Of a stretch of DNA of 64,000 nt, positions 48,341 to 57,970 are shown piece after piece (position 1 is the stretch's first letter; each line of letters opens with the position of its first letter). The position numbers were made by a program, and so were the translations under genes. The DNA lies in the IMG/VR virus record IMGVR_UViG_3300037851_000671, positions 64,001 through 128,000 of that record. The stretch is one strand, 5' to 3'. The DNA is from a virus (taxonomy: Duplodnaviria; Caudoviricetes). A model generated the notes under the pieces. It ran no database searches and was not told the origin of the DNA. It saw nothing but the letters and a program-made list of their open reading frames with translations.

Positions 48341-49150
48341 ATGACAGTTCTTCATATACTTACATTGAATTGGAATGGCATCGGTATTATCGGTGATCTT
48401 CACAAATCACTGAAGCCAGCTCTTGATGTTTTGAAAGATATACAGACTGTTTGGCATGTTAGAGACAATGGCTCAACCGATGGTTCGCTTGAGTATATCA
48501 ACACAATCAAAGATATTCCAACAAACATATTGGCAGCTGGTCATAACAGGGATTCATTTGCTGGTGGTGTAAATTCTCTTTGGTGTGAAGCAAAGCCAAA
48601 TGACAATGACTATCTCCTTCTTTTGAATAATGACGTGGTGTTTTTTGATCCTACGTCAATTGAAAAGATGATCAGCCTACAGAAAGCAACCAAGGCAGGG
48701 GTTGTTGGGGCAAGGTTACTATTCACAGGAACGAACAAACTACAACACGCTGGTGTCATTTTCAGCGATAGGTATGGGAGAATGCCTTTCCATTATCGCC
48801 CAAATGAACCAACGGATGCCGCTGCTGAGAAGAACCGTTATTTCCAAGCCGTAACCGCTGCGTGTTGCCTGGTGAAGGCGGGAGCTTTTGCCAAGATCGG
48901 TGGTTTGGACGAAGGTTATCGTTGGGCCTTTGAAGACATAGATATGTGTTTGGCTATTGGAAAAGATCATAAGATTGTCTATTGTGGCAACACCGGCATC
49001 TTCCATGGCGAGAGTGTAAGCTTGAAAAAGAACAATGTGAATAAGTTGTTCTTGAACCCAAACGTAAAACTGTTCAGGGAGAAGTGGACAGGTAAGTATA
49101 AGATAGATCACGATGCGTATTTGCGTGATGTAAATTTCAACGTTGTTTGA
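48341..49150 (+). CDS. Glycosyltransferase family 2
   Basis: DNGSTDG, LLLNNDV, AVTAACCLV..GGLDEGY..EDIDMC motifs. Confidence 0.9.
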   Translation: MTVLHILTLNWNGIGIIGDLHKSLKPALDVLKDIQTVWHVRDNGSTDGSLEYINTIKDIPTNILAAGHNRDSFAGGVNSLWCEAKPNDNDYLLLLNNDVVFFDPTSIEKMISLQKATKAGVVGARLLFTGTNKLQHAGVIFSDRYGRMPFHYRPNEPTDAAAEKNRYFQAVTAACCLVKAGAFAKIGGLDEGYRWAFEDIDMCLAIGKDHKIVYCGNTGIFHGESVSLKKNNVNKLFLNPNVKLFREKWTGKYKIDHDAYLRDVNFNVV

Positions 49151-49152
49151 CG

Positions 49153-50130
49153 ATGGCAAAGAAGCGGTGTTACAAGCCTCAGTTTTTCCCATTCTGCCCT
49201 GGTATTCAGTGGAAGGTTGAGAGGGGCAAATACGTAGTTCCAGAGGTTGATTCTGAGACGTGGCAGAAAACCATTCATGGCAAAGAGATTGTTGTTACTG
49301 TTTTTGGAGGACTGTTAGAGTCCTTCATCTCTTTAAGCGTACTTGAAGCCATAACATCAATTGAACCTTCCAGAAACGTAACATGGCTTGGCAACGCTGG
49401 TTTCAATCAACTGTTACAACTGCATGGTTTGTGTAAAAGCTCCTCTATTGGTTTGACTAAGGAGCATCTTGCCAAATATCCTGCGCCTGTGTTTTTCGAT
49501 CAGGACAACAGGGTATACTTCAACGTATTGAACAACTACCTGACACGCTATAGTTATTGGGGAGAAAACCCAGAGACCGTTGATGACCCGGTGGTGAAGC
49601 AGATATTCTCCAATTCACTATTGCCGTGGAACTATCAGGTTCCGAGACTGAGGGCTTTGAATCCTGTTGATTCTAGCAAGATCATGAAAGACAACAAGGA
49701 TAGGGTTATCCTTTTTGTTTTGGATGGTGTATACGAACATTCTTTCAAAACTCTAGAGTGGGGTGTTCACAACATCAGAGAGTTGGCGGCCATGTTGTTT
49801 GGCAAAAAGTTCAAGGTGGTTGTGGCTACTGATAAACCTGGACCGTTCTATGGTACGAAAGCTGTGCCGATTCCATGTGACCAAAAAACCGTACTCACCA
49901 TGATTAGCAAGGCATGGATGGTTTTGTCACCAACGATAGATTGGCTTTTGATTGCCCTGATGCTTTCCAAGGCTATCGTTGTCGAGAATCATATTGGAGA
50001 GATTCCACCTGCGTTTGATTTATTTGCAAACGCCGAATTTCTTAACGCTCAGAACGTTATATCAACAGATCACAACGATAGGATATCACCAATAGATATT
50101 TACGCACTGTGTTGCAATGAGGGATTATGA
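49153..50130 (+). CDS. Divergent GT9-like (GT-B) protein
   Basis: IVVTVFGGLLESFISLSVLEAI..NVTWL resembles the GT9 N-terminus but lacks the usual GD. Cluster context supports a GT role. Confidence 0.4.
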   Translation: MAKKRCYKPQFFPFCPGIQWKVERGKYVVPEVDSETWQKTIHGKEIVVTVFGGLLESFISLSVLEAITSIEPSRNVTWLGNAGFNQLLQLHGLCKSSSIGLTKEHLAKYPAPVFFDQDNRVYFNVLNNYLTRYSYWGENPETVDDPVVKQIFSNSLLPWNYQVPRLRALNPVDSSKIMKDNKDRVILFVLDGVYEHSFKTLEWGVHNIRELAAMLFGKKFKVVVATDKPGPFYGTKAVPIPCDQKTVLTMISKAWMVLSPTIDWLLIALMLSKAIVVENHIGEIPPAFDLFANAEFLNAQNVISTDHNDRISPIDIYALCCNEGL

Positions 50131-50903
50131 CAAGTAAAGTTTGTTTGATGATGGTCACGTACAACCGCCTTGCTCTAACCAGGCGTACCATGGTTGGCCT
50201 TGGTAAAAGCATTCAGATGCCGTTCGATATGGTGGTTGTTGATAATGGTTCGGCTGATGGAACGGTGTCCTATTTCGATAGTCGTGATTTTGACACTGAC
50301 ATCGGTAACAAGCCAGATTGGAAACAGAACAAACTATCCAACCTATTCATCACTGACAACAAAGAGAACAAGGGGATTGCGATTGGAAGGAACCAAGCTC
50401 TCAAGCATGGGATGGAAGGAGGGTACGATTGGCTTGTTACCTTGGATAATGATGTGGAGATGCCCGAGGGTTGGCTAGAGGAAGCAATCTCAATTCTATC
50501 AGCTAACAGAAGCTACGGTGCTATTGGTGTGAATATGGAAAATACACCATATCCTTTGGTTACCAAGAATGGATTTACTTTCCAAGATAAACCGGCAGGC
50601 AACCTTGGAACTGCCTGTATAGTGTTCCCGAAATCAACACCAAAGATGCTTGGATACTTCAACACAGAATACGGAAGGTATGGTGAGGAGGATGCTGATT
50701 ACGGCATGAGGATACGTGTTGCCGGTTTCAAACTGGGATACATTGAAAGAATGGGGACACACTTTGGCGAGGGTGAGTTGGACAAAGGTGAGTATAGAGA
50801 ATTTAAGACTAAGGCTCATAGGGATAATCTGAGAAAGTTTCAGGAGAATTGTGCGGCTTATGCCCAACGCCGAAAGCCTATATTTATCCCATATAAGGAC
50901 TGA
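50127..50903 (+). CDS. Glycosyltransferase family 2
   Basis: MVTYNR..VVDNGSADG..GIAIGRN..LDNDV..YGEEDADY motifs. Confidence 0.9.
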   Translation: MTSKVCLMMVTYNRLALTRRTMVGLGKSIQMPFDMVVVDNGSADGTVSYFDSRDFDTDIGNKPDWKQNKLSNLFITDNKENKGIAIGRNQALKHGMEGGYDWLVTLDNDVEMPEGWLEEAISILSANRSYGAIGVNMENTPYPLVTKNGFTFQDKPAGNLGTACIVFPKSTPKMLGYFNTEYGRYGEEDADYGMRIRVAGFKLGYIERMGTHFGEGELDKGEYREFKTKAHRDNLRKFQENCAAYAQRRKPIFIPYKD

Positions 50904-50904
50904 T

Positions 50905-52551
50905 ATGTTTCAGAAAGTGATAAAAAACGAAGATCTAAAAAACTACATATTATCTTCCAATCATACCTTTTCTTCTGGCGAATTCACCACCATTCAACCA
51001 AAGTTCGGTTTGTTGACTTTGGATTTTTCAAGTGAGCCTGATGCTGTTTCTTGTTTGTTGAGGTTCAGGAGAGTATCTGGTAATGGGCTTGTTATTCTCA
51101 CAGCTGACTCAATCACCAAAGAGATTCAGATCATTTCTCAAACATCTCAAGAGGCAGCTTTCGAGCTTGGTCCTTCTAAGATTCTGAAAATACAAAGAGC
51201 CAATAGAAGTAGTGGTGATCTTTGTTTGTCTCAAGTTTCATTAGTATACAGGACACAGCAAGCAGTCGAACCCAATCTGATAGGTGAGCTGAAAAAAGCC
51301 AAGAGCTATAGCCTTATCAGAGTAGTTGATGGAAAGCTGTTCGCTAGTGGTGGTGGCGGAAGCATTGAAAGCTCATCAATCTCAAACATACAAACAGATC
51401 CTCCTGGTGTGTTTAAGAAGACAGATACAGGTGTTGTTTTCAATGATTCGTGTGTAATAACCTCATTAAGTATAGATGTAAATGAAAGCGTCCAAAAACA
51501 TGTTGTCGATGTTGTTGTCAAAGCACAACCTGAACCTATTGAGCCTACGGTTTTGACAAAGGAGACAGAATACGTTCCAACAGATCCTATAGTGGTTAAT
51601 AAAACCTTTGTGTACGACACTTCATCGAGTCATTTCAACCCGGCTTTCTGCGTAAAGTCTTCTGAGGTTAATGGAAACTCTGCTGTAATTGATTTTGACG
51701 GATCATACACAATACCTCTAAAGATGCTTGGCGAAAAAACCGGATACAGCGTTACGGTTGAAGTAGAGAGGGTTAATGGTAATGGAAAGTTTGCATTTGG
51801 TATTCTGCCTGACACGGAGACCATCAATGTAAAGGTGGCAGCTGGTGCGTCTAGAACATTTGGTTGTACGGTTTTCATTGAAGATGCTGGAAGGGATTAT
51901 AGTTTCTCAATCTGGAGGACTGCATCTTCTGTTGGTAAAATAAGGGTAAACAGAATAGTTATCAAGCCAGATGGGGCTATTCGTTCTGCCAGGTTTGCCG
52001 CTAGAGAGAATCATGTCACTCATCAGCCAATCGGATACATACCAAATGCCCCATATGCCTCTAAGCTTGAACAGAAGGCGCCTGAATTCACTGGTCGTGA
52101 TATACTTTCATCAGCTAGGCCTTTGTCTATTCCAATTGCCAGGTGCAACGGAGATATGGTAATGCGTTCTGCTATGCAGTATTCGGCAGAGCAAGGATAT
52201 TTGTGGAATCTGTTGAACAACGTGTCTTTGCCGTGGGATAGGTCTACGTCAAAAAGATTTGTACCAGTTACACATGATGGTTTTATTGTAATAATCAACA
52301 GGGACTATCAGCTTACAAACAACGTTTTGAAGAAGCTTACAAACTCTAGTAATGTGGTTGTTGTGGGGGCTAGAGGGGTTTATCCTAATTGCATAATATC
52401 AATCAATGACTATACTGAGTACGAGTGCGTGATGGATGTGCTTGAAAGAAGCTCAGCTGTAGTGGATACAGCGGACTCTGGTATAGTTCCGTTATTACAC
52501 GTACTTGGAAAGAGGTTTGTTGATATCAATGGAACGTTAGAGGACTTCTAA
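50905..52551 (+). CDS. Multidomain protein: beta-sandwich-like N-terminal region plus GT9-like C-terminal segment
   Basis: C-terminal AVVDTADSGIVPLLHVLG resembles the GT9 DSG motif. The N-terminal part is beta-strand rich. Start at ATG 50905. Confidence 0.4.
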   Translation: MFQKVIKNEDLKNYILSSNHTFSSGEFTTIQPKFGLLTLDFSSEPDAVSCLLRFRRVSGNGLVILTADSITKEIQIISQTSQEAAFELGPSKILKIQRANRSSGDLCLSQVSLVYRTQQAVEPNLIGELKKAKSYSLIRVVDGKLFASGGGGSIESSSISNIQTDPPGVFKKTDTGVVFNDSCVITSLSIDVNESVQKHVVDVVVKAQPEPIEPTVLTKETEYVPTDPIVVNKTFVYDTSSSHFNPAFCVKSSEVNGNSAVIDFDGSYTIPLKMLGEKTGYSVTVEVERVNGNGKFAFGILPDTETINVKVAAGASRTFGCTVFIEDAGRDYSFSIWRTASSVGKIRVNRIVIKPDGAIRSARFAARENHVTHQPIGYIPNAPYASKLEQKAPEFTGRDILSSARPLSIPIARCNGDMVMRSAMQYSAEQGYLWNLLNNVSLPWDRSTSKRFVPVTHDGFIVIINRDYQLTNNVLKKLTNSSNVVVVGARGVYPNCIISINDYTEYECVMDVLERSSAVVDTADSGIVPLLHVLGKRFVDINGTLEDF

Positions 52552-53445
52552 CATCTTCTTGTACACTGTTGTATTTACGATTCTGGAACACAATCCGTTA
52601 GGATCTGATAACGTAGTACGAATAGCAGATCTAAATAGTTCATAGTCCTGTTTACCGTAGTTTTTGATAACATCAATGATTGCGGGATTGATGTTGATAT
52701 TTGATCCGTTCTTTGTGACAAACTTTCTAAGATCAATGTAAGTGTGTTCTGGCAGGTTGAAAGAGTCTATGTTGTAGCATCCCATGTACATTGGGACCGT
52801 GCCTGAGAATATAGAATCAGGTAGTTTTTCCGTCATGTAGTTCTTGGAATACACTGGGTCATATGTGTTCTCAGAGCATAGAGAAAAACAGAATTTTGCA
52901 ATGGTTTGTGCTTTATTGTCAACTCTGCCTTTGTAGTATGATCTGTTCAATGGCATTGTACCGAACCAAGAAACTTTAATACCTGAATTGTAAAACAAAT
53001 CAGCCAGCATAACTCTAAGATTATATATACTGGCCGGATGATCTGAATGTTTTGCATTTGCAACAATAACAATCTCTTTTTCTCTATTTTCCCAAGGAAA
53101 CCATGAGTCAACTATATTTGGGTTCTCTCCGTAAAAATAACTTGGGTAGTTTATCTGTACTGTATTTTTTAGTGTTGGGAAAGCTTCCGAACACCATGTA
53201 AAAACCTTCTTGAATTTACTGAGAAAACCTACATCATAATCATTTGGAGAAACCACTATTGGTTCAAGTATAAGGGCACTATCTTCTGGTCTTGGATTGT
53301 TGTTAGCATACCATCCAGTGAATACATTTGGAACGCTTTCTTTACGGGCATTGGACATGTACACTGATCCATCATCTCCTTGGTAGTGTAAATACGGCTC
53401 TCCATAATGTGATTGATAGATTACGTTTACTTCTCTTGTCACCAT
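52537..53445 (-). CDS. GT10 alpha-1,3/1,4-fucosyltransferase-like protein
   Basis: FSLCSENTYDPVYSKNYMTEKLPDSIFSGTVPMYMG matches the alpha-1,3-FucT motif. Confidence 0.85.
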   Translation of the reverse strand: MVTREVNVIYQSHYGEPYLHYQGDDGSVYMSNARKESVPNVFTGWYANNNPRPEDSALILEPIVVSPNDYDVGFLSKFKKVFTWCSEAFPTLKNTVQINYPSYFYGENPNIVDSWFPWENREKEIVIVANAKHSDHPASIYNLRVMLADLFYNSGIKVSWFGTMPLNRSYYKGRVDNKAQTIAKFCFSLCSENTYDPVYSKNYMTEKLPDSIFSGTVPMYMGCYNIDSFNLPEHTYIDLRKFVTKNGSNININPAIIDVIKNYGKQDYELFRSAIRTTLSDPNGLCSRIVNTTVYKKMLEVL

Positions 53446-53452
53446 GTTAGCT

Positions 53453-53470
53453 CATATACCAGGATATATG
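53453..53470. promoter_or_regulatory. Quasi-palindromic divergent element carrying the recurrent TATATG motif on both strands
   Basis: CATATACC-A-GGATATATG sits in the 32-nt gap between divergent genes. Confidence 0.45.
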
Positions 53471-53477
53471 TACGTTT

Positions 53478-54239
53478 GTGAGTGAAACATCGACAATGAC
53501 ACATAGGTTTGTAGCTTGCATACCATCGTACAACAATAGCCAATGGTATGAGAAGAATCTCCTATCCGTTATGTCACAGCAATACGCTGATTTTCGGGTA
53601 ATCATCACAGATGACTGTTCTACCGATGGGGGCGGAGATCAGATCGAATCATTGATCGAGCGCAAGAATTTTGGCAATGTTGTAACTTTGATTAGAAACC
53701 CTGAACGTCTTGGGGCTATGGCGAATATGTACAACATGTACCGTATGTGCGATGACAAAGAGATCATCGTACACATTGATGGTGATGATTGGCTAGCTCA
53801 CGATAAGGTTTTTCAGAAGTTGAATGAAGTATACCAAGACCAGAACATTTGGCTTACTTACGGCCAGCATCAATTATATCCAGATGGTGGGCTTGGCTGT
53901 TCAAGAGAGATTCCGAAACACGTTATTGACAAAAACTCTTTCAGAAGGTTTAGATGGTGTTCTTCACACTTGCGTACTTTTTATGCGGCATTGGCCAAGA
54001 ACATCTGCATGATAGACTGTATGATTAATGGGGAATTTTATCCGATGACTAGCGATCTGGCTACCATGTTTCCCATGCTGGAAATGGCTGGTCATCACCA
54101 AAAATTCATACCAGACATTCTTTACATCTACAATTACTCATCTGACATAAATGACGCAAAGGTAAATATAAAGTTGCAACAAAATCTTGAGAGGTTTATA
54201 CGAAGTAAACCTTCATACAGTAAACTGGAAGCTCTATGA
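53478..54239 (+). CDS. Glycosyltransferase family 2 (paralog 1)
   Basis: IPSYNN..WYEKNL..TDDCSTD..IDGDDWL motifs. Start is GTG 53478 or ATG 53496. Confidence 0.88.
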   Translation: MSETSTMTHRFVACIPSYNNSQWYEKNLLSVMSQQYADFRVIITDDCSTDGGGDQIESLIERKNFGNVVTLIRNPERLGAMANMYNMYRMCDDKEIIVHIDGDDWLAHDKVFQKLNEVYQDQNIWLTYGQHQLYPDGGLGCSREIPKHVIDKNSFRRFRWCSSHLRTFYAALAKNICMIDCMINGEFYPMTSDLATMFPMLEMAGHHQKFIPDILYIYNYSSDINDAKVNIKLQQNLERFIRSKPSYSKLEAL

Positions 54240-54976
54240 ACAAGTTTGTATTTGTAATGCCATCGTATCAGAACAAAGACTGGTATGAAAAGAACCTAAC
54301 ATCTGTACTGGGACAAACATATCCACACTGGAGAGCTATCTATACTGACGATGCTTCTCCAGATGGAACGGGTAAACTGGTAGAAGAATTCCTGAGGCAT
54401 TTTGACAAGGGTGGCAGGTTCAAACTTTGGCGAAGAACAGAGCGTGTTGGTGCCATGGCCAACATTTACGAAATGTCTCATACCTGCGATGATGACGAGA
54501 TACTTATCCACCTCGATGGTGATGATTGGTTGCCGGATAACGACACACTGAACAGATTGAATAAAGTGTATGGTCGAGGAAACGTTTGGATTACTTATGG
54601 GCAATACAGGTCTTATCCAGACCAGAGGATTGGGTGTGCAAAACAGATACCGGACAACGTGATTGCCAACAATAGTTTCCGTTCATATGACTGGTGCACC
54701 TCTCACATGCGTACCTACTACGCTTGGCTTTTCAAGAAGGTGAAACGTGAAGACTTTATGTACAATGACAAGTTCATAGAGATGACTAGTGATTTGTGGA
54801 CGATGTTTCCAATGCTAGAGATGGCTGGGCCCAATCAGGCGTTCATCTCTGATGTTATGTACATTTACAACTACGGAACACCACTCAACGATGCCAAGGT
54901 CAATGGTGGTTTACAGACAAAGCTTGAGCATATTGTCAGGTCTAAGGCGCCATACCAAAGGATTGTAAATAGATGA
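54236..54976 (+). CDS. Glycosyltransferase family 2 (paralog 2)
   Basis: MPSYQN..WYEKNL..TDDASPD..LDGDDWL motifs. Colinear with the preceding gene. Confidence 0.88.
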   Translation: MNKFVFVMPSYQNKDWYEKNLTSVLGQTYPHWRAIYTDDASPDGTGKLVEEFLRHFDKGGRFKLWRRTERVGAMANIYEMSHTCDDDEILIHLDGDDWLPDNDTLNRLNKVYGRGNVWITYGQYRSYPDQRIGCAKQIPDNVIANNSFRSYDWCTSHMRTYYAWLFKKVKREDFMYNDKFIEMTSDLWTMFPMLEMAGPNQAFISDVMYIYNYGTPLNDAKVNGGLQTKLEHIVRSKAPYQRIVNR

Positions 54977-55716
54977 CAGCAACATTCTCTCATCTTGGTT
55001 CATATGGAAGGCTGGCTAATGGGCTTTTCCAGATAGCCGCAACCGTTGGGTATGCCAGAAAGCATGGTGACAACTTTCTTTTCCCTAAGTGGCAGTACCA
55101 GGACGCTTTCGAGATAGGTAAGCTTGGATGTTTTGGTAACCCACGGTGTATACAGTTTTCAAAGTATGTTGAGCCGAAGTTTGCATACACAGAGATACCT
55201 AAAATTCAAAACATAGATCTTTATGGGTATTTCCAGAGTCCGAAGTATTTTCAGCACTGTGAGGGAGAGATTAAGAAGTTGCTAACACCAAGCGAGAACA
55301 AAGACGATCCTGCCATGTTCCGTGGAATCTGTAGTGTTCATGTAAGGAGAGGAGATTACGTTCACCTTAGCCATTGTCATCCGCCATTGACCATGGACTA
55401 TTACAGGGCTGCTATGGATAAAGTACCAGCATCCAGGTTCATGATTTTCTCTGATGATGTAGCTTGGTGCCGTGAGAATTTCGGACATGACTCAAGGTGT
55501 ATAGTGACAGATCCGGCAGATCCTGTTGTTGATTTTTCATTACAGCGCATTTGTAATTACAACATCATAGCCAACTCATCCTTTTCATGGTGGGCGGCAT
55601 GGTTAAATCCGCATGAAGACAAGGTTATAGTAGCTCCTAGTAAGTGGTTTGGTCCCAGTCTGGAGAAAGACCATCCAACAAACGATTTGATTCCAGAGTC
55701 ATGGGTGAGAGTATGA
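54973..55716 (+). CDS. GT11 alpha-1,2-fucosyltransferase
   Basis: GRLANGLFQ, HVRRGDY, IFSDD and IIANSSFSWWAAWL motifs. Confidence 0.92.
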   Translation: MTATFSHLGSYGRLANGLFQIAATVGYARKHGDNFLFPKWQYQDAFEIGKLGCFGNPRCIQFSKYVEPKFAYTEIPKIQNIDLYGYFQSPKYFQHCEGEIKKLLTPSENKDDPAMFRGICSVHVRRGDYVHLSHCHPPLTMDYYRAAMDKVPASRFMIFSDDVAWCRENFGHDSRCIVTDPADPVVDFSLQRICNYNIIANSSFSWWAAWLNPHEDKVIVAPSKWFGPSLEKDHPTNDLIPESWVRV

Positions 55717-56687
55717 GAGTTTTGTTTGCCCCATTAAATTTCGGTGACGTAATACAGGATGGAATATACGATGCGTTCATTCAACTTGGTTGTGAGTTTC
55801 GTGTTTTCGACTTCATGTCCAAATATCTGAAAACCAAAAACCATAACACCATACGTGATGAGTTTGTGAGAGAGGTTCGGGCATTCAAGCCGCACCTGGC
55901 ATTGTTCCAGATACAGCATACGTCAGTTATAGACGGTGACACTATTAGCCGGGCCAAGGCAGAGTTTCCTGATATGGTGACCGTCAACTGGACAGGAGAT
56001 GTTAGAAACTACATACCATCAACCTACAAGGATGTAGCCAGGGCGTGTGATTTCAACCTCATATCTTCCACTGGACAATTGCAGATGTTTGAGAGCGGTA
56101 TTGGAAAGGCTATTGGATACTGGCAGATTGGATACAATCCTAAACTGTATAAGCCAGCAGATTATCCGGTCAGAGAGTTTGAGAATGATGCCGTATTCAT
56201 TGGAAATTGTGACTTGAATGAGAGGTATCCTGGCACAAATGACAGGCAGAATACGTGCCGTCTTCTGAGGGGCGCTTTCGGATCAAGGTTCAAGCTGTAT
56301 GGAACTCGTTGGCCACAAGGGCTGGGTAGTCTTGGAAGCGTTGATCAAAGAACAATATCATCAATCTATCATAAAACATGCGCACTTGTAAGTGTGAATC
56401 ACTACAACGATTTGTCACATTACTTTTCTGATAGATTGTTGATGTGTATGGCTTCAGGAAGACCGACAATCTCTTTGAAGTTTCCAAACATAGAAACATA
56501 CTTTACAAACATGTGTGATCTGGTGGTTGTTGATTCTGTAGATCAGATACCGGATAAGGTTAGGATGTTGAAAGACAACCCTGAGCTGGCAAATTTCATT
56601 GGCACCTCTGGAGCTGCCAAGGTACGGGCCGAACACACCTATTTTAGCAGAGTAAAAGAACTGTTTAACATAGTTGGATTAACATGA
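55713..56687 (+). CDS. CgeB/Glyco_trans_1_2-type glycosyltransferase
   Basis: YFSDRLLMCMASG..AEHTYFSRV C-terminal motif. Start at ATG 55713 (ATGA overlap). Confidence 0.82.
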   Translation: MRVLFAPLNFGDVIQDGIYDAFIQLGCEFRVFDFMSKYLKTKNHNTIRDEFVREVRAFKPHLALFQIQHTSVIDGDTISRAKAEFPDMVTVNWTGDVRNYIPSTYKDVARACDFNLISSTGQLQMFESGIGKAIGYWQIGYNPKLYKPADYPVREFENDAVFIGNCDLNERYPGTNDRQNTCRLLRGAFGSRFKLYGTRWPQGLGSLGSVDQRTISSIYHKTCALVSVNHYNDLSHYFSDRLLMCMASGRPTISLKFPNIETYFTNMCDLVVVDSVDQIPDKVRMLKDNPELANFIGTSGAAKVRAEHTYFSRVKELFNIVGLT

Positions 56688-57352
56688 ATCTTAATGAAAA
56701 CACAATACATTGCATTGGTGATAGTCATGTTTCTGTGTTTACTGGACAAGACGTTATATCAAACGGTTTCCATGGCGAAGAAGATACATTACCGTATTTC
56801 AAGACATATCGTTTGGGAGCGTGTTTGGCATACAACACACTGACAGAGGGTCACGGAAACAGATCTTCATTTTTCAAGATTCTGTTAGCATTGCCGCCTA
56901 CCGATTTCATACTCCTATCATATGGTGAGATTGATTGTAGGGTACATATACTACGACAAGCAGAGAAGCAGGGTAAAACCAAGTACAGTGTTGCCATAGG
57001 ATGTGCGGCTAGGTACTTCAGGTTTGTGTTAGAGGTTTTTTGGCTTGGGTACAAGAACCTTATAGTCTACGCAGCTCCTCCAACACCATACAACACCCCA
57101 ACTCCAGAAGACCTGAGATACAACGAGGATCTGCCTCATAGTGGAAGTTATGAGGATAGAAGATACGTTACCAGCGTCTTCAACAAGGCATTGAAGAGAA
57201 TGTGCAAGAGGAGCGGTATACATTTCCTTTCTGTTGAAGACGTTGTATTGAAGGATGGCCTGGTAAAAGATGATAGTTTCTTCATGGACAAGGTACACTT
57301 ATCACAGAAGGTCATGCCACACATAGAGCAAGAAATAAAAGGATTCAAATGA
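56684..57352 (+). CDS. SGNH/GDSL hydrolase-like protein (candidate O-acetyl esterase/transferase)
   Basis: IGDSH block I, YGEIDCR and a terminal DKVH (DxxH). Confidence 0.7.
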   Translation: MNLNENTIHCIGDSHVSVFTGQDVISNGFHGEEDTLPYFKTYRLGACLAYNTLTEGHGNRSSFFKILLALPPTDFILLSYGEIDCRVHILRQAEKQGKTKYSVAIGCAARYFRFVLEVFWLGYKNLIVYAAPPTPYNTPTPEDLRYNEDLPHSGSYEDRRYVTSVFNKALKRMCKRSGIHFLSVEDVVLKDGLVKDDSFFMDKVHLSQKVMPHIEQEIKGFK

Positions 57353-57957
57353 ACGAGTTTGAGGAAATGGTAGAGCTGTGCAAAAGGGATAACGCTGAGA
57401 AAGACCTGATGTACAAGTTTGATTTGAACAGTGATAGTTTTGTGGTTGATTTGGGTGGATATCACGGAGATTGGTCAGCAGAGATAGCTAAGAGATACAA
57501 TCCAAACATTGTTATTGTGGAGGCTGTTCCAGATTTCTACAACGGAATTGTAGAGAGGTTCAAGGACAACACAAAAATTGCAACGCTAAATTTCGCTGTT
57601 GGAAATGAGGTTGGTAGAGATGTTATATCTGTAGAGAATGATGGATCTAGTTTGTTTGGTGTTTCGTTTGCTCACGTGGTGAGTGTGTCGGTAGAGCGTC
57701 TGAGTAATCTTATCCCAAACGATAGTGTAATTGACCTGCTAAAGATGAATATAGAAGGGTCTGAGTACGATGTGTTTCAAGACCTATTTGAATCAAAGAT
57801 GATAAACAACATTCGCAATTTGGTGGTTCAGTTTCACAAGATTACAAAGATACCATCTGTAGAAAGGCGGAACGAAATACGCGCAATGCTGAGTCAAACA
57901 CATACATGCGAATGGAACTATGAGTTCGTGTTTGAGTGCTGGAAAATGAATATTTGA
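57349..57957 (+). CDS. FkbM family methyltransferase
   Basis: VVDLGGYHG..IVEAVP..IDLLKMNIEGSEY motifs. Confidence 0.9.
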   Translation: MNEFEEMVELCKRDNAEKDLMYKFDLNSDSFVVDLGGYHGDWSAEIAKRYNPNIVIVEAVPDFYNGIVERFKDNTKIATLNFAVGNEVGRDVISVENDGSSLFGVSFAHVVSVSVERLSNLIPNDSVIDLLKMNIEGSEYDVFQDLFESKMINNIRNLVVQFHKITKIPSVERRNEIRAMLSQTHTCEWNYEFVFECWKMNI

Positions 57958-57970
57958 GCGAGATGAACCA

